The translations under genes and the position numbers were made by a program. 64,000 nt of DNA, taken from positions 6,032 through 70,031 of the forward strand of contig JBAZZU010000009.1 in NCBI GenBank assembly GCA_041658605.1, in the 5' to 3' direction. This DNA comes from Thermoleophilia bacterium (GTDB lineage: Bacteria > Actinomycetota > Thermoleophilia > BMS3ABIN01). The notes beneath the pieces were generated by a model that was not told where the DNA came from, made no database searches, and saw only the letters and a program-made list of their open reading frames with translations. The first letter of the stretch is position 1. The number at the start of each line of letters is the position of its first letter. Of this stretch, positions 54,625-64,000 are shown one piece after another.

Positions 54625-56357
54625 TACAGGTTGGTAAGCAGTTTGAATTTCAACGCCACGAGGTTGGCTATCGACCTCAGTTGTGGCGAGGATGAGATAA
54701 CGACCGCCATGGGAATGATGGCTGCGACCAGAAGCGCGGAGACTTCAACAGCCAGGCGAACGTACGAAGGATCTGAAACTCCCTCACCCGCCTGTGATTT
54801 ATCAGGGCTTCCCGTCCCTTCGAGTGACCAGGCGACGGTTTTATTCCAGACACCCGGGATGGTTTCACGCGCCTTCAGAACAAGCAAAAGCAGCATCGGC
54901 GGTCCAAAGACAACCAGGACCCGTAAAGGTTTCTGGATGGACATGTCCACCGGCGCATGCCACCAGAAACTGTCGAAGAACATGACGCTGAACGAGAAGG
55001 CAAGACAGGCTATGTACATCAGGCGCCAGGGCCTGAGCGCTACCAGGCCCAGGGCCAGCGTCAGGTACCATGGCTGAAACCAGAAGAGCGCAAGCGGAGT
55101 CAGAAAAGCCAGTCCGGCGGCAGCTGAGAGCAGCCCCGCGGTGTCCCGGACCCCGATCATCTGCCAGAGCAGATAGGCGGCCAGGAGACCGGCGATCGAC
55201 AGCTGTACCACGGTGTTGGAAAGCGAGAGCTGCAGATGGTCCGCAGCCATGTCCCTGATGATCGAGGCCAGGGTGAAATTTGTTTTTTGGCCCACGGTGG
55301 TCAGGTAATTAAATGTGTCACGTCCCGCCCATAAAGGCAGATAGCTGACAACGGTAACCACGCCCGCGATCGCAAACGAGCCCGCCCCCATGGCCAGTTT
55401 TTTCCAGAGTTCCGGCTGTTTGCGCATCACGAGGGCGATATAGACCAGCAGGATAGGCAGTGTTATGAACTTTACCAGTGTGGCGAGAGTGAGGCAGAGC
55501 GCGCCCACGAGATAGCGTTTATCCAGATAACCGAGGATACCCGCGAGTACCAGCGCCAGCATAAGGATGTCGTTGTGCCCGTTGGCTACAACGAACGTCA
55601 GCACAAACGGGTTCCATCCGTAAAACAGCAGCGCTTTTTTCTCGAGCCCGGGTTTGAGTCGGGCGGCTATTCTCCATATGAGAGCGAGATTGACCAGGTT
55701 GATGCAGATAAAAAACCCTTTGAAAAGAAGGAAGTTTGCGATGATTCCATTGCCGGCAAGGCGCGAAAGCGCGGCGGTCAGGTATACATGCAGCGGTCCA
55801 TAAACTGAGCCGGTGCCGACCCAGCCGCCAAGTCCGAAAAACGGGTCGTCAGGGAAGTAGGTAGCGGGAATCACCAGCGGGTTCTCCCCGTAGACCGAAA
55901 GGATGCGGCCATGGCGGATATAGTCGAAGAGGTCCGTTGATAAAAGGAACGGAGTAAAGAACATGATCACATGGAAGGCTACCGCGAACCCGAAGATGCA
56001 ATACGTGACAGGGTCTTTTTTGTTTTCCGGGCGGGAGAGATGCTCATCCTCTTCATGTATATGGGCTCCGACCGCCTTCAGGGCCAGGAGGTAAAGGCCG
56101 AAGAGCATCAGGGCGTTAAGGCATATGAATATGTATAGAAGGTAATATCGCGAGAGGTCGAAGCCGCCCTGGGGCAGTGCCAGGTATGGGGGGAAGTGGG
56201 TGTCATCCGTGCCGGGAATGAAAAAAGGCATGATGGCGAAAATGAAATAGGCTACCAAGGAGAGCGACCCGACGGTCGCCAGGACCGGCAACTGGTGGGT
56301 GCTGCCCTGGCTCCAGAACTTTTTGATTTTAAGATGGGCTTTTGTCGGGTATCTCAT
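54624..56357 (-). CDS. Large polytopic membrane protein, probable GT-C-type glycosyltransferase (DUF2029/GT87-like)
   Basis: More than 12 TM helices with cytoplasm-facing acidic loops. Clustered with the GT2 and deacetylase genes. Confidence 0.4.
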   Translation of the reverse strand: MRYPTKAHLKIKKFWSQGSTHQLPVLATVGSLSLVAYFIFAIMPFFIPGTDDTHFPPYLALPQGGFDLSRYYLLYIFICLNALMLFGLYLLALKAVGAHIHEEDEHLSRPENKKDPVTYCIFGFAVAFHVIMFFTPFLLSTDLFDYIRHGRILSVYGENPLVIPATYFPDDPFFGLGGWVGTGSVYGPLHVYLTAALSRLAGNGIIANFLLFKGFFICINLVNLALIWRIAARLKPGLEKKALLFYGWNPFVLTFVVANGHNDILMLALVLAGILGYLDKRYLVGALCLTLATLVKFITLPILLVYIALVMRKQPELWKKLAMGAGSFAIAGVVTVVSYLPLWAGRDTFNYLTTVGQKTNFTLASIIRDMAADHLQLSLSNTVVQLSIAGLLAAYLLWQMIGVRDTAGLLSAAAGLAFLTPLALFWFQPWYLTLALGLVALRPWRLMYIACLAFSFSVMFFDSFWWHAPVDMSIQKPLRVLVVFGPPMLLLLVLKARETIPGVWNKTVAWSLEGTGSPDKSQAGEGVSDPSYVRLAVEVSALLVAAIIPMAVVISSSPQLRSIANLVALKFKLLTNL

Positions 56358-56579
56358 CGCCTCGGTCCGATCTGCCAGGCGGCTTGACGGCCGGTACGGC
56401 CGGCCGGGAAGGATATTCCTGTTAGCCGCAATATCTTATAGAAAGACAACGTAATGCTCAAGGCGGCTGGCGGCAGGGTGCGTTTTGCTCTGGGCGTCCG
56501 GTCTTTTATACTGGTGCAATCCTGGAAGGACGAGCAGGGAGTTTGTCCAGGGGTACAAGGCCAAAGGAGACAGTGAAGT

Positions 56580-57977
56580 ATGACTGAAAGCGCCGAAATG
56601 GCAGAACAGGGCTCTGGAACAGATGGAAAGATGAGGATTTACAGGGCTTCCTGGGTCATGCCTATCGCCAGGGAACCCATACACAAGGGCGCGGTAGCCG
56701 TTCTGGACGACAAGATTATGGCGGTCGGCCCGGCTGATGAGCTCATTGCGGCTCACCCCGATGCCGAGGTCATCAAGTTTCATCACGCCATTCTCCTGCC
56801 CGGTTTTGTGAATTGCCATAGCCATATGGAATACGCGGTCTTCCGCGGTCTGCTCGACAATATGAACTTTGGTCCCTGGATGCTCAGTTTTCTCGATCAC
56901 AAGGGGATGCTCTCCATCGCGGACTATTCTGTAAGCGCCCGCCTGGGAGCATCGGAGTGCGTAGCGTCCGGCACCACAACCGTTGGCGACGCGATGTATT
57001 CCGGCATGAGCCTTCCCGCGATCAGGGAGGTCGGACTCAGGGCCAGGGTGTACCAGGAGGCCTTTGGGATCGACGACGCCGTCATATCAGAGACGATGTC
57101 CAGGCTGACTGACAATATCGACGAACTCGAGGATCAGGCAGACGAGCTCCGGGAGATAGGGATCTTTCCACACGCCACATACACGGTGAGCGCCAACCTG
57201 TACCAGGCTATCAGCCAGTTCGCCCGCGAGCGCGGCATGAAGGTCGCCACGCATCTCGCGGAGAGCAAGGACGAATCAGTCTATATACGTTCCGGAACCG
57301 GAGTCCTGGCTCTTGACCTGCGGGAAAAAGTCGGATGGGACAATATCAGCCGTGAGCCTTTCGGCACTACGCCGGTCAAGTATCTGCAGCAGTGGAACGT
57401 ATATGGTCCGGAATTCATGGCGGTGCATTGCGTGCACGTAAGCCAGGCGGATGTCGAGATACTGGCCAAGCATGACGTTGCCATCGCCCATTGCCCCAAG
57501 AGCAACGCCAAGCTCGGATGCGGCATAGCGCCGCTTCCCGCGTTCCTCGAAGCCGGCATCAGGGTCGGTTTCGGCACAGACAGTCCCGCCAGCAGCAATA
57601 TCATGGATATGTTCGGCGAGATGCGCACGGCCATCTTCCTCCACCGCGGCATGCAGGGCGACGCCGGTGTGCTCGGGGCTGAAGAGTGCGTGCAGATGGC
57701 GACCCTCGGAGGCGCAAAGGTAATGGGCATGGAAGACAGGATCGGCTCCCTGGAGCCCGGCAAGCAGGCGGATTTCATCGCAGTCGATATGGAATACAGC
57801 CACTTCGCGCCGATCCACGACGCCTATTCGGCGCTCGTCTACGGCGCCAACCAGGAGGACGTTTTCTTCACGATGGTCGCGGGCCGGACGCTCTACGACA
57901 AGAAGGTACTGCTGACTATCGACGAAGCCGAGGTCACCACCCGGGCGTATGAAGTAAAGGAGAAACTCTGGCGCTAG
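56580..57977 (+). CDS. Amidohydrolase-superfamily deaminase (MTA/SAH-deaminase / chlorohydrolase-like)
   Basis: HSHMEY metal-binding motif, HLAES, HCVH and GTDSPASS blocks characteristic of the ATZ/TRZ-MtaD subgroup. Confidence 0.65.
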   Translation: MTESAEMAEQGSGTDGKMRIYRASWVMPIAREPIHKGAVAVLDDKIMAVGPADELIAAHPDAEVIKFHHAILLPGFVNCHSHMEYAVFRGLLDNMNFGPWMLSFLDHKGMLSIADYSVSARLGASECVASGTTTVGDAMYSGMSLPAIREVGLRARVYQEAFGIDDAVISETMSRLTDNIDELEDQADELREIGIFPHATYTVSANLYQAISQFARERGMKVATHLAESKDESVYIRSGTGVLALDLREKVGWDNISREPFGTTPVKYLQQWNVYGPEFMAVHCVHVSQADVEILAKHDVAIAHCPKSNAKLGCGIAPLPAFLEAGIRVGFGTDSPASSNIMDMFGEMRTAIFLHRGMQGDAGVLGAEECVQMATLGGAKVMGMEDRIGSLEPGKQADFIAVDMEYSHFAPIHDAYSALVYGANQEDVFFTMVAGRTLYDKKVLLTIDEAEVTTRAYEVKEKLWR

Positions 57978-58137
57978 GAAGCCCGGGCAAAGGCTTAATC
58001 CGCCTCCGACTTGGTCTTACACTCCCAATTAACCTATAATGCATCAAGTACATCAACGGAAGACTCGGTTGTCCCTCTTGTTCCTTTTCTGAAACCTTAT
58101 GGACCAACTGCGTCTGCAACATGCAGTGCGATCCATA

Positions 58138-59409
58138 ATGGCGCACAGAAAAGGAGTTTTTATTTTGTTTGAAAATCTAGGTTTGGAAGAGCGCCTGCTC
58201 AAGGGCGTCAAAGCTATGGGCTATACCGTGCCCACCCCCATCCAGGAGCAAGCTATCCCCAAGGTTCTCGAAGGCCGCGACATAGTTGGTTGCGCCCAGA
58301 CGGGAACCGGCAAGACCGCGGCATTCATACTGCCGATCCTTCAGAAGATCAGCAAGGGCCGCGGCGTCAAGGCGCTGGTTGTCACACCGACCCGCGAGCT
58401 GGCCGGGCAGATCGAGGACGTTGCGCGTTCCTGCACCCGATTCACCGGACAGAAAGTCACCGCTGTTTATGGCGGTGTCGGCTACCAGCCGCAGGCTGAA
58501 AAGATCCGCCGGGGTATCGACCTGCTGATCGCCACACCCGGAAGGTTGCTGGATATCCAGCGCCGGGGCGATGTCGATTTAAGCGGCGTCGAGGTCCTCG
58601 TCCTGGATGAGGCGGACCGCATGCTCGACATGGGCTTCCTGCCCGACGTCAAACGCATCATCAATCTCTGTCCCGAGAAGCGCCAGAACCTGCTATTCTC
58701 CGCCACGATGTCCCACAAGGTACTGGGCGTCCTGGGCACGACACTGAACAATCCCATGCGCATCGAGGTAAGCCCGAGCGCAACGCCGATAGAGGCAATC
58801 CAGCAGACCGTGTATCCGGTCGGCAGCACGCAAAAGGGAGACCTGCTCGTGCAGCTGCTGAAGGAACGGGACTTAGACAGGGTCCTCGTCTTCACGCGCA
58901 CCAAGCACCGCGCTGACCGTGTCTGCCGCACCCTTTCCCGCAAGGGCATAAGGGGAGTCGCCATTCATTCAAACCGCAGCCAGGGCCAGCGCCAGCAGGC
59001 GCTCGACGGCTTTAAAAGCGGCAAGTACCGCGTTCTCGTGGCAACTGATATCGTAGCCCGGGGCATCGACGTTGACAATATTTCACATGTTATCAACTTC
59101 GACATGCCCAACAAGGCCGAAGACTATGTCCACCGCATCGGCCGCACGGCGCGTGCCGGAAACGACGGCACCGCGCTGAGTTTCCTCTCTGCGGAGGAGG
59201 CATCTTCCCTGCGGGAGATCGAGGGACTCATCGGCACCACGCTTCCATGCGAGGACGTCGAGGGTTTTGACTACGACTACCGCGTGGTCCCCAGCCCCGA
59301 CCGGGAGGCGACAAAAGTGCGCAAGTTCGCTTATAACGGCGGCGCGCTCTCCGGCAAGAAGCGGCGTCCGCGCAGACGTCCGACCCGCACCATGGCCGGC
59401 GCCCGCTAA
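58138..59409 (+). CDS. DEAD-box ATP-dependent RNA helicase (RhlE-like)
   Basis: Q-motif, AQTGTGKT (motif I), DEAD, SAT, HRIGRTAR (VI). Basic C-terminal tail. The start could alternatively be TTG 58165 (SD AAAGGAG 9 nt upstream). Confidence 0.8.
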   Translation: MAHRKGVFILFENLGLEERLLKGVKAMGYTVPTPIQEQAIPKVLEGRDIVGCAQTGTGKTAAFILPILQKISKGRGVKALVVTPTRELAGQIEDVARSCTRFTGQKVTAVYGGVGYQPQAEKIRRGIDLLIATPGRLLDIQRRGDVDLSGVEVLVLDEADRMLDMGFLPDVKRIINLCPEKRQNLLFSATMSHKVLGVLGTTLNNPMRIEVSPSATPIEAIQQTVYPVGSTQKGDLLVQLLKERDLDRVLVFTRTKHRADRVCRTLSRKGIRGVAIHSNRSQGQRQQALDGFKSGKYRVLVATDIVARGIDVDNISHVINFDMPNKAEDYVHRIGRTARAGNDGTALSFLSAEEASSLREIEGLIGTTLPCEDVEGFDYDYRVVPSPDREATKVRKFAYNGGALSGKKRRPRRRPTRTMAGAR

Positions 59410-59590
59410 AAGGCAGGCTGATAAGAACGTCACGAGGGGCCCTTCGGGGTCCTTCTTTTTTTCTGAAACCGGCCGGCGGAGCTGACAGGGCTGGTGTCGC
59501 CTTCAAATGGCCGGTGGCGCATTCCTACCACTGTCAGCCAACCTTCCGCTATAATGTTCCGGGTTTATCCACAAGACTGAGAGTCAGCTT

Positions 59591-60247
59591 ATGTTGATGG
59601 ACAGAAAAAGAATCAATCGCTGGACACGCTGGTTTGCCATCATTCTGGCGATCATGTTCGCGCTGGGCACCGTATTCCTCGGGGTCGGCTCCAGTACGGG
59701 CAACCTGTTCTCGGGTTGCTCCGGCAACTCGTCTTCTTCCATAAATTCCTCCAGCTCTCTTGAGGACCGTGAAGCCTACTTCAAGGAACTGATCATACAG
59801 AACCCCCAGGACAAAGACTCCATGCTGGCGCTGGCAAACCTTTACGCCGGCGATGATGTTGGACGTTATGATGACGCCATCGTTTATTACAACAATTATT
59901 TTACTGTCTCACCCCAGAGCATCGACGTGATGCTGCTGCTGGGCAAAACAGAAATGAAAAAAGGCGATAACGAGGCCGCCGTCAAGACATTGAGCCAGGC
60001 GACTCAGACAGCGCCGACAAACGCGTATGCGTTTTTCATGCTGGGCCAGGCGGCCAAATCGGCTGGCCAGAACCAGACCGCAATACTCGCCTGGAGCCGT
60101 TTCCTGGAGCTGAGCCCGAATGACAACAACGCTTCGCTCATAAAGGAAGAGATCACCAAGCTTACCGCCCTGCCGGCGGTAACGCCGCAGACCAGCACCG
60201 TCTCGGGCAGCCCCGGTACGTCGGTACCCGTTACCCCGGCGCCGTAA
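59591..60247 (+). CDS. Membrane-anchored TPR-repeat protein
   Basis: N-terminal TM, then TPR-like A/L/Y/N repeats, then a Ser/Thr/Pro-rich tail. Confidence 0.55.
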   Translation: MLMDRKRINRWTRWFAIILAIMFALGTVFLGVGSSTGNLFSGCSGNSSSSINSSSSLEDREAYFKELIIQNPQDKDSMLALANLYAGDDVGRYDDAIVYYNNYFTVSPQSIDVMLLLGKTEMKKGDNEAAVKTLSQATQTAPTNAYAFFMLGQAAKSAGQNQTAILAWSRFLELSPNDNNASLIKEEITKLTALPAVTPQTSTVSGSPGTSVPVTPAP

Positions 60248-60444
60248 GCAAAAACCACATTAAACCCCACGCCATGGCGGACATCCCCGCTGCAAGCATG
60301 CCCTGATTCGGGGGTAAAGTAGGAGCGTCCGCTGCCGATTGTGATATCGTCCGGGAGGTGGATAGCGGCCGTTTGGTTTAAATCAGGGCGGGAAACGGCT
60401 ATATAAAATCGACAACTCCCACCGCTATATGCTATAAACCATCC

Positions 60445-62628
60445 TTGCCCGGAATCGATAGAAGGACAATCTTGAAACTCATAGTCACAGAAAAAGACAC
60501 AGCAGCGAAAAAAATCGCCGGAATCCTGAGCGGCGGCAAGGCGAAGGTGGGCGCGTATTACAAGATCCCCATCTACACTTTCTCCAGCGATTCGGAAGAA
60601 TATACCTGCGTCGGGCTGAAAGGCCACATAATGCAGCTGGAGTATCCCGAGGAATATTCAGACTGGCGCAAGGTCGAGCCACGCATGCTCATAGACGCCG
60701 AACTGATCAAGGCGCCGTCGGCCAAAGCGGTAGTAAACGCGCTGAAAAAAGCCGCTAAGGACGCAGACCAGGTCATAATCGCGACCGATTACGATCGCGA
60801 GGGCGAGCTTATCGGCCTTGAGGCCCTGGAGCAGATCATCGAGGCCAAGGCCAGCCTTGAGAAGGGCGTGAGGCGGGCGCGTTTTTCCGCGCTGACCACC
60901 GAAGAGATCACCGATGCTTTTGCCAACCCGACCGATCTTTCCATACCTCTGGCCAAGTCCGGAGAAGCCAGGCAGGATATAGACCTTATATGGGGCGCCA
61001 CGCTGACGAGGTTCATATCACTCGCCACGTCGAGGCTGGGCAACCAGTTCCTATCCGTGGGCAGGGTGCAGAGTCCGACGCTGGCCCTGATCGCCGCGCG
61101 CGAGCAGGAGCGCCGCGCCTTTATCGCCGTACCTTACTGGCAGCTCTTCGCGGACGTCGATTCGTCACAGGGGGCATTCACATGCCAGCACAAGACCGAA
61201 CGTTTTCTGGACAAGACAGAGGCGGACGCCGCGTTAAAGAATTCCAGCGCCGCCGGGACCGGCATCGTCACCGGCGTCAAGTCGACCAGCAAGAAGCTGC
61301 AGCCGCCGGCGCCATTCAACACCACCGCCTACACCAAGGCCGCCACGTCGCTCGGTTATTCCGCGGCCCGCGCCATACGCCTGGCGGAGGACCTGTACCT
61401 GGGCGGCTTCATCAGTTATCCGCGTACGGATAACACAGTTTATCCGGCCTCCCTGGACTTGAGGGAGCTGCTCACCGAGCTGAAGAACAGCACCGAGCTG
61501 GGCGGGCATGCAAGCGCTTTGCTGGCCCGCGCTGAACTGACGCCCACCCGGGGCAAGAAACAGACGACTGATCATCCACCCATCTATCCGGTGGGAGTCC
61601 CCGGTCCCGGCGACAAACTCGACGACGCCCACTGGAAGATATGGTTCCTGGTGGCAAGGCGTTTTCTGGCGACGCTTGGTGACCATGCGGTCTCCGAGAG
61701 CAACCGGGTGGACCTGTCGATCGGTGCAGAGCCGTTCGTGGTCAAGGGTTCCCGCATCATCGAGGAAGGATGGCTCGCCTATTATCCGTACGGCCGCGGC
61801 AAGGACAGCGAAGTGCCGCGCCTGGACGAAGGCGAAGAGGTCAGGGTCATTAAAGTCTACGACGAGCAGAAAGAGACCCAGCCGCCGGGCCGCTACGGCC
61901 AGGGCCGGCTGATCGAGCTGATGGAGCAGAACGGTCTTGGCACCAAGGCCACGCGCCACAGCATCATCCAGAACCTGTATGACCGCGGCTACATCAAGAA
62001 CACGCCGGTGGAACCGACGGAAACGGGCATGGGCATGGTAGAGGCGCTGAATACCTACGCCGACCGCATCACCAAACCGGAGATGACCGCAGAACTGGAA
62101 GAGGAAATGAACTCGATCGCCGAAGAAGCGATGACCAAGGAAGAAGTGGTCAAGCGCTCGCGCGAACTCCTGCACCTGGCCTACACCTCGCTGGAGGAGC
62201 ACAAGGAGGAGCTGGCGGGCATCATCGTCAAGGGCATCCAGGAGGACAAGGTCGTCGGCAGCTGCAACAAGTGCGGCAAGCCGCTGAAGATCATCCGCTC
62301 CAAAAAGACCAAAAAGCGTTTCATCGGTTGCGACGGCTACCCCGATTGCGACAGCACCTATCCGCTGCCGCAGATGGGGAGGCTCATCCCCATGCACGTG
62401 GAGTGTCCCTCATGCAATACGCCCAAGGTCAAGATCATCACCCGGGGAAGGCGACCGTGGGAGCTTTGCATAGACCCGGATTGTCCGACCAAGGATGAGT
62501 ACAAGAAGAAGGCGGCGGAGCGGAAGGCGGCGAAGGCCGCGGAAGCTGCGGTCGCAAAGCCGTCCGCGAAAGTGAAAAAAGCCGCTGCGGCGACAAAAGT
62601 GGTCAAGAGAAAGAAAAAAGCTTCTTAA
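60445..62628 (+). CDS. topA: Type IA DNA topoisomerase (TopA) with two C-terminal zinc ribbons and a Lys/Ala-rich tail
   Basis: Toprim N-terminus (LIVTEKDTAAKKIA), catalytic GFISYPRTDN Tyr motif, two C4 zinc ribbons, KKAAERKAAKAA basic tail. Confidence 0.85.
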   Translation: MPGIDRRTILKLIVTEKDTAAKKIAGILSGGKAKVGAYYKIPIYTFSSDSEEYTCVGLKGHIMQLEYPEEYSDWRKVEPRMLIDAELIKAPSAKAVVNALKKAAKDADQVIIATDYDREGELIGLEALEQIIEAKASLEKGVRRARFSALTTEEITDAFANPTDLSIPLAKSGEARQDIDLIWGATLTRFISLATSRLGNQFLSVGRVQSPTLALIAAREQERRAFIAVPYWQLFADVDSSQGAFTCQHKTERFLDKTEADAALKNSSAAGTGIVTGVKSTSKKLQPPAPFNTTAYTKAATSLGYSAARAIRLAEDLYLGGFISYPRTDNTVYPASLDLRELLTELKNSTELGGHASALLARAELTPTRGKKQTTDHPPIYPVGVPGPGDKLDDAHWKIWFLVARRFLATLGDHAVSESNRVDLSIGAEPFVVKGSRIIEEGWLAYYPYGRGKDSEVPRLDEGEEVRVIKVYDEQKETQPPGRYGQGRLIELMEQNGLGTKATRHSIIQNLYDRGYIKNTPVEPTETGMGMVEALNTYADRITKPEMTAELEEEMNSIAEEAMTKEEVVKRSRELLHLAYTSLEEHKEELAGIIVKGIQEDKVVGSCNKCGKPLKIIRSKKTKKRFIGCDGYPDCDSTYPLPQMGRLIPMHVECPSCNTPKVKIITRGRRPWELCIDPDCPTKDEYKKKAAERKAAKAAEAAVAKPSAKVKKAAAATKVVKRKKKAS

Positions 62629-62703
62629 CCAGGCCGGCGGCAAGTTAAGCGCTGTCTTGAGCAGCACCTAAAGCAGAATCAGCTGAATCGCCCGGGGAGC
62701 GCC

Positions 62704-63330
62704 ATGTATTTCATCACTTTTGAGGGGATAGATCAAAGCGGCAAGTCCACGCAGCTGGATTTACTGGCAGCCGCCGCCTCCAAAGCCGGCATCGAAACCC
62801 TGAGCGTACGCGAACCGGGCGGCACTCCGCTCGGCGAGCAGATCCGCGAGATCCTTCTCGGCCCCGAACACACCACCATGGACGCCTGGACTGAAGCCCT
62901 CCTCTATGCCGCCGCACGCGTGCAGCTGGTAAAGGAGGTCATCAAGCCGGCGCTCATGCAGGGCAGGATCGTTCTCTCCGACCGCTATATCGATTCATCA
63001 CTCGTTTATCAGGGAATGGCGCGGGAGCTCGGCATCGACCGCATCCTCGACCTGAATCTGGGCGCCACCGGCGGGCTGATGCCGGACCTGACATTTGTCT
63101 TCCATCTCGACGTGGCCGCTTCACGCGAGCGCCTCGCTGGACGCGGGACCGCTGAAGACCGCATCGAGGGCGAGCCGCTCGACTTCCATCAAAAAGTCGA
63201 GGATGGATACAGAAAGCTGGAAGAGATGTATCCGGGGCGCATCGTGGGGATTGACGGCGGCAGGAGCGTGGAAGAGGTTCAGGGTGATGTGGTGGCCTCG
63301 TGCAAAGAGCGGCTGGGGCTCGAGCTGTAA
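62704..63330 (+). CDS. tmk: Thymidylate kinase
   Basis: P-loop FEGIDQSGKST, DRY motif (SDRYIDS), about 208 aa. Confidence 0.85.
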   Translation: MYFITFEGIDQSGKSTQLDLLAAAASKAGIETLSVREPGGTPLGEQIREILLGPEHTTMDAWTEALLYAAARVQLVKEVIKPALMQGRIVLSDRYIDSSLVYQGMARELGIDRILDLNLGATGGLMPDLTFVFHLDVAASRERLAGRGTAEDRIEGEPLDFHQKVEDGYRKLEEMYPGRIVGIDGGRSVEEVQGDVVASCKERLGLEL

Positions 63331-63379
63331 GCAGACATTCTATTTTCAGAATCAACCACAAAAAGCCAGGAGGTTGTGA

Positions 63380-63607
63380 ATGAAAGATGGAATATCACTG
63401 GAATTAACTAATGATGAGGCCTTGGTTTTTTTCGATTGGGTAAAAAGGAATAACGTGGAAGAGTTTTACCAATTTGAAGATCAAGCAGAAAAAAGGGTAC
63501 TTTGGGATATTGAAGCACAGTTAGAAAGAACTTTAGTAGTTCCTTTTGAAGCCGACTATAAAAATCTTCTCATTCAAGCGAGAAATCATATAAGGGACCA
63601 AGAGTAA
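63380..63607 (+). CDS. Hypothetical 75-aa acidic protein encoded in a short AT-rich segment
   Basis: AGGAGG SD 6 nt upstream. Composition is strongly AT-shifted relative to the flanking tmk and holB. Confidence 0.35.
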   Translation: MKDGISLELTNDEALVFFDWVKRNNVEEFYQFEDQAEKRVLWDIEAQLERTLVVPFEADYKNLLIQARNHIRDQE

Positions 63608-63734
63608 CTTTGGAGTTCGGCAGGCCATAAAGTTTACTAGTCAACCAACTAGCTGACATTAAAGTCAGCAACGGTGCCTTTCCAGAAATCGGGCCCGATT
63701 CCCATCCACCCCTCCCATATGGGAGAATCAGTCT

Positions 63735-64000
63735 ATGTCCACACTACCACAAGTCCTCGACGGCCTTATCGGCCAGGAGCATGCTTCGAAGTTTCTCGCT
63801 GCGGCGATAAACCAGGGCCAGCCCAGCCATGCCTACCTGTTTCAGGGGCCCGTGGGTGTAGGCAAACATGCCGCCGCGCTGAAGTTCGCAGCCGCGCTCT
63901 GCTGCGAGGAAGGTGGCTGCGGCGTTTGTCCGTCCTGTGAGAAAGCCGCCCGCGGCGTCCACCCCGACATCGATGTCATCGAGTCCGTCGGTGCTTTCAT
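63735..64000 (+). CDS. holB: DNA polymerase III delta-prime subunit (HolB), N-terminal fragment running off the window
   Basis: GQEHA...HAYLFQGPVGVGK AAA+ P-loop and the CxxC...C zinc module (CGVCPSC) typical of HolB. Follows tmk as in many genomes. Confidence 0.6.
   Translation, partial: MSTLPQVLDGLIGQEHASKFLAAAINQGQPSHAYLFQGPVGVGKHAAALKFAAALCCEEGGCGVCPSCEKAARGVHPDIDVIESVGAF

Noticed and set aside
57276-57818. 180-aa and 165-aa minus-strand ORFs
   Set aside because: Antisense to the amidohydrolase gene. Shadow ORFs.
60004-60627. 207-aa minus-strand ORF spanning the TPR-gene/topA junction
   Set aside because: Overlaps two well-supported plus-strand genes and their intergenic promoter region. 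No SD. Composition typical of a shadow ORF.
61234-62397. 387-aa ORF on the minus strand
   Set aside because: Lies completely within topA on the opposite strand. Arg/Ala/Gly-rich shadow ORF.
1-64000. Looked for CRISPR arrays, IS/transposase genes, integrases, rRNA and tRNA genes
   Set aside because: I found no regularly spaced direct repeats, no transposase- or integrase-like ORFs, and no rRNA-like stretches. tRNA detection by eye is unreliable, so absence of tRNAs is not established and a tRNAscan run would be needed.

Overview
High-GC bacterial chromosomal window (apparently an anaerobe). Most genes sit close together on one strand or the other, with several overlapping or abutting stop/start junctions. 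The window holds two [NiFe]-hydrogenase loci. The first is a membrane-bound uptake type on the minus strand: small subunit with Tat signal, large subunit, cytochrome b, maturation protease. Its large subunit carries an in-frame TGA exactly at the first Cys of the C-terminal DPCxxCxxH nickel-ligand motif, with a hairpin just downstream, so it looks like a selenocysteine [NiFeSe] enzyme. The second is a cytoplasmic group-3b-like four-subunit hydrogenase (beta/gamma/delta/alpha). A conspicuously AT-rich ~0.9 kb insertion carrying a phosphoribosyltransferase gene splits this operon. Other content: 2-oxoacid:ferredoxin oxidoreductase; an origin-proximal housekeeping block (mnmE, a short MnmG paralog, mnmG, rsmG, parA, parB, roadblock/LC7); nrdR-nrdJ; PBP1A; topA-tmk-(AT-rich 75-aa ORF)-holB; tatA-tatC preceded by a lower-GC cassette (Tat-signal Cys-rich CxxCH protein, secreted protein, 45-aa Cys peptide, extra tatA); cell-envelope glycosyltransferases and a deacetylase; and several uncharacterised pairs (ABC-class ATPase with a PAPS-reductase-like protein; a coiled-coil membrane protein with a half-ferritin). 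I saw no CRISPR arrays, transposases, rRNA or obvious tRNA. Compositional statements are by-eye estimates; I could not compute exact values.
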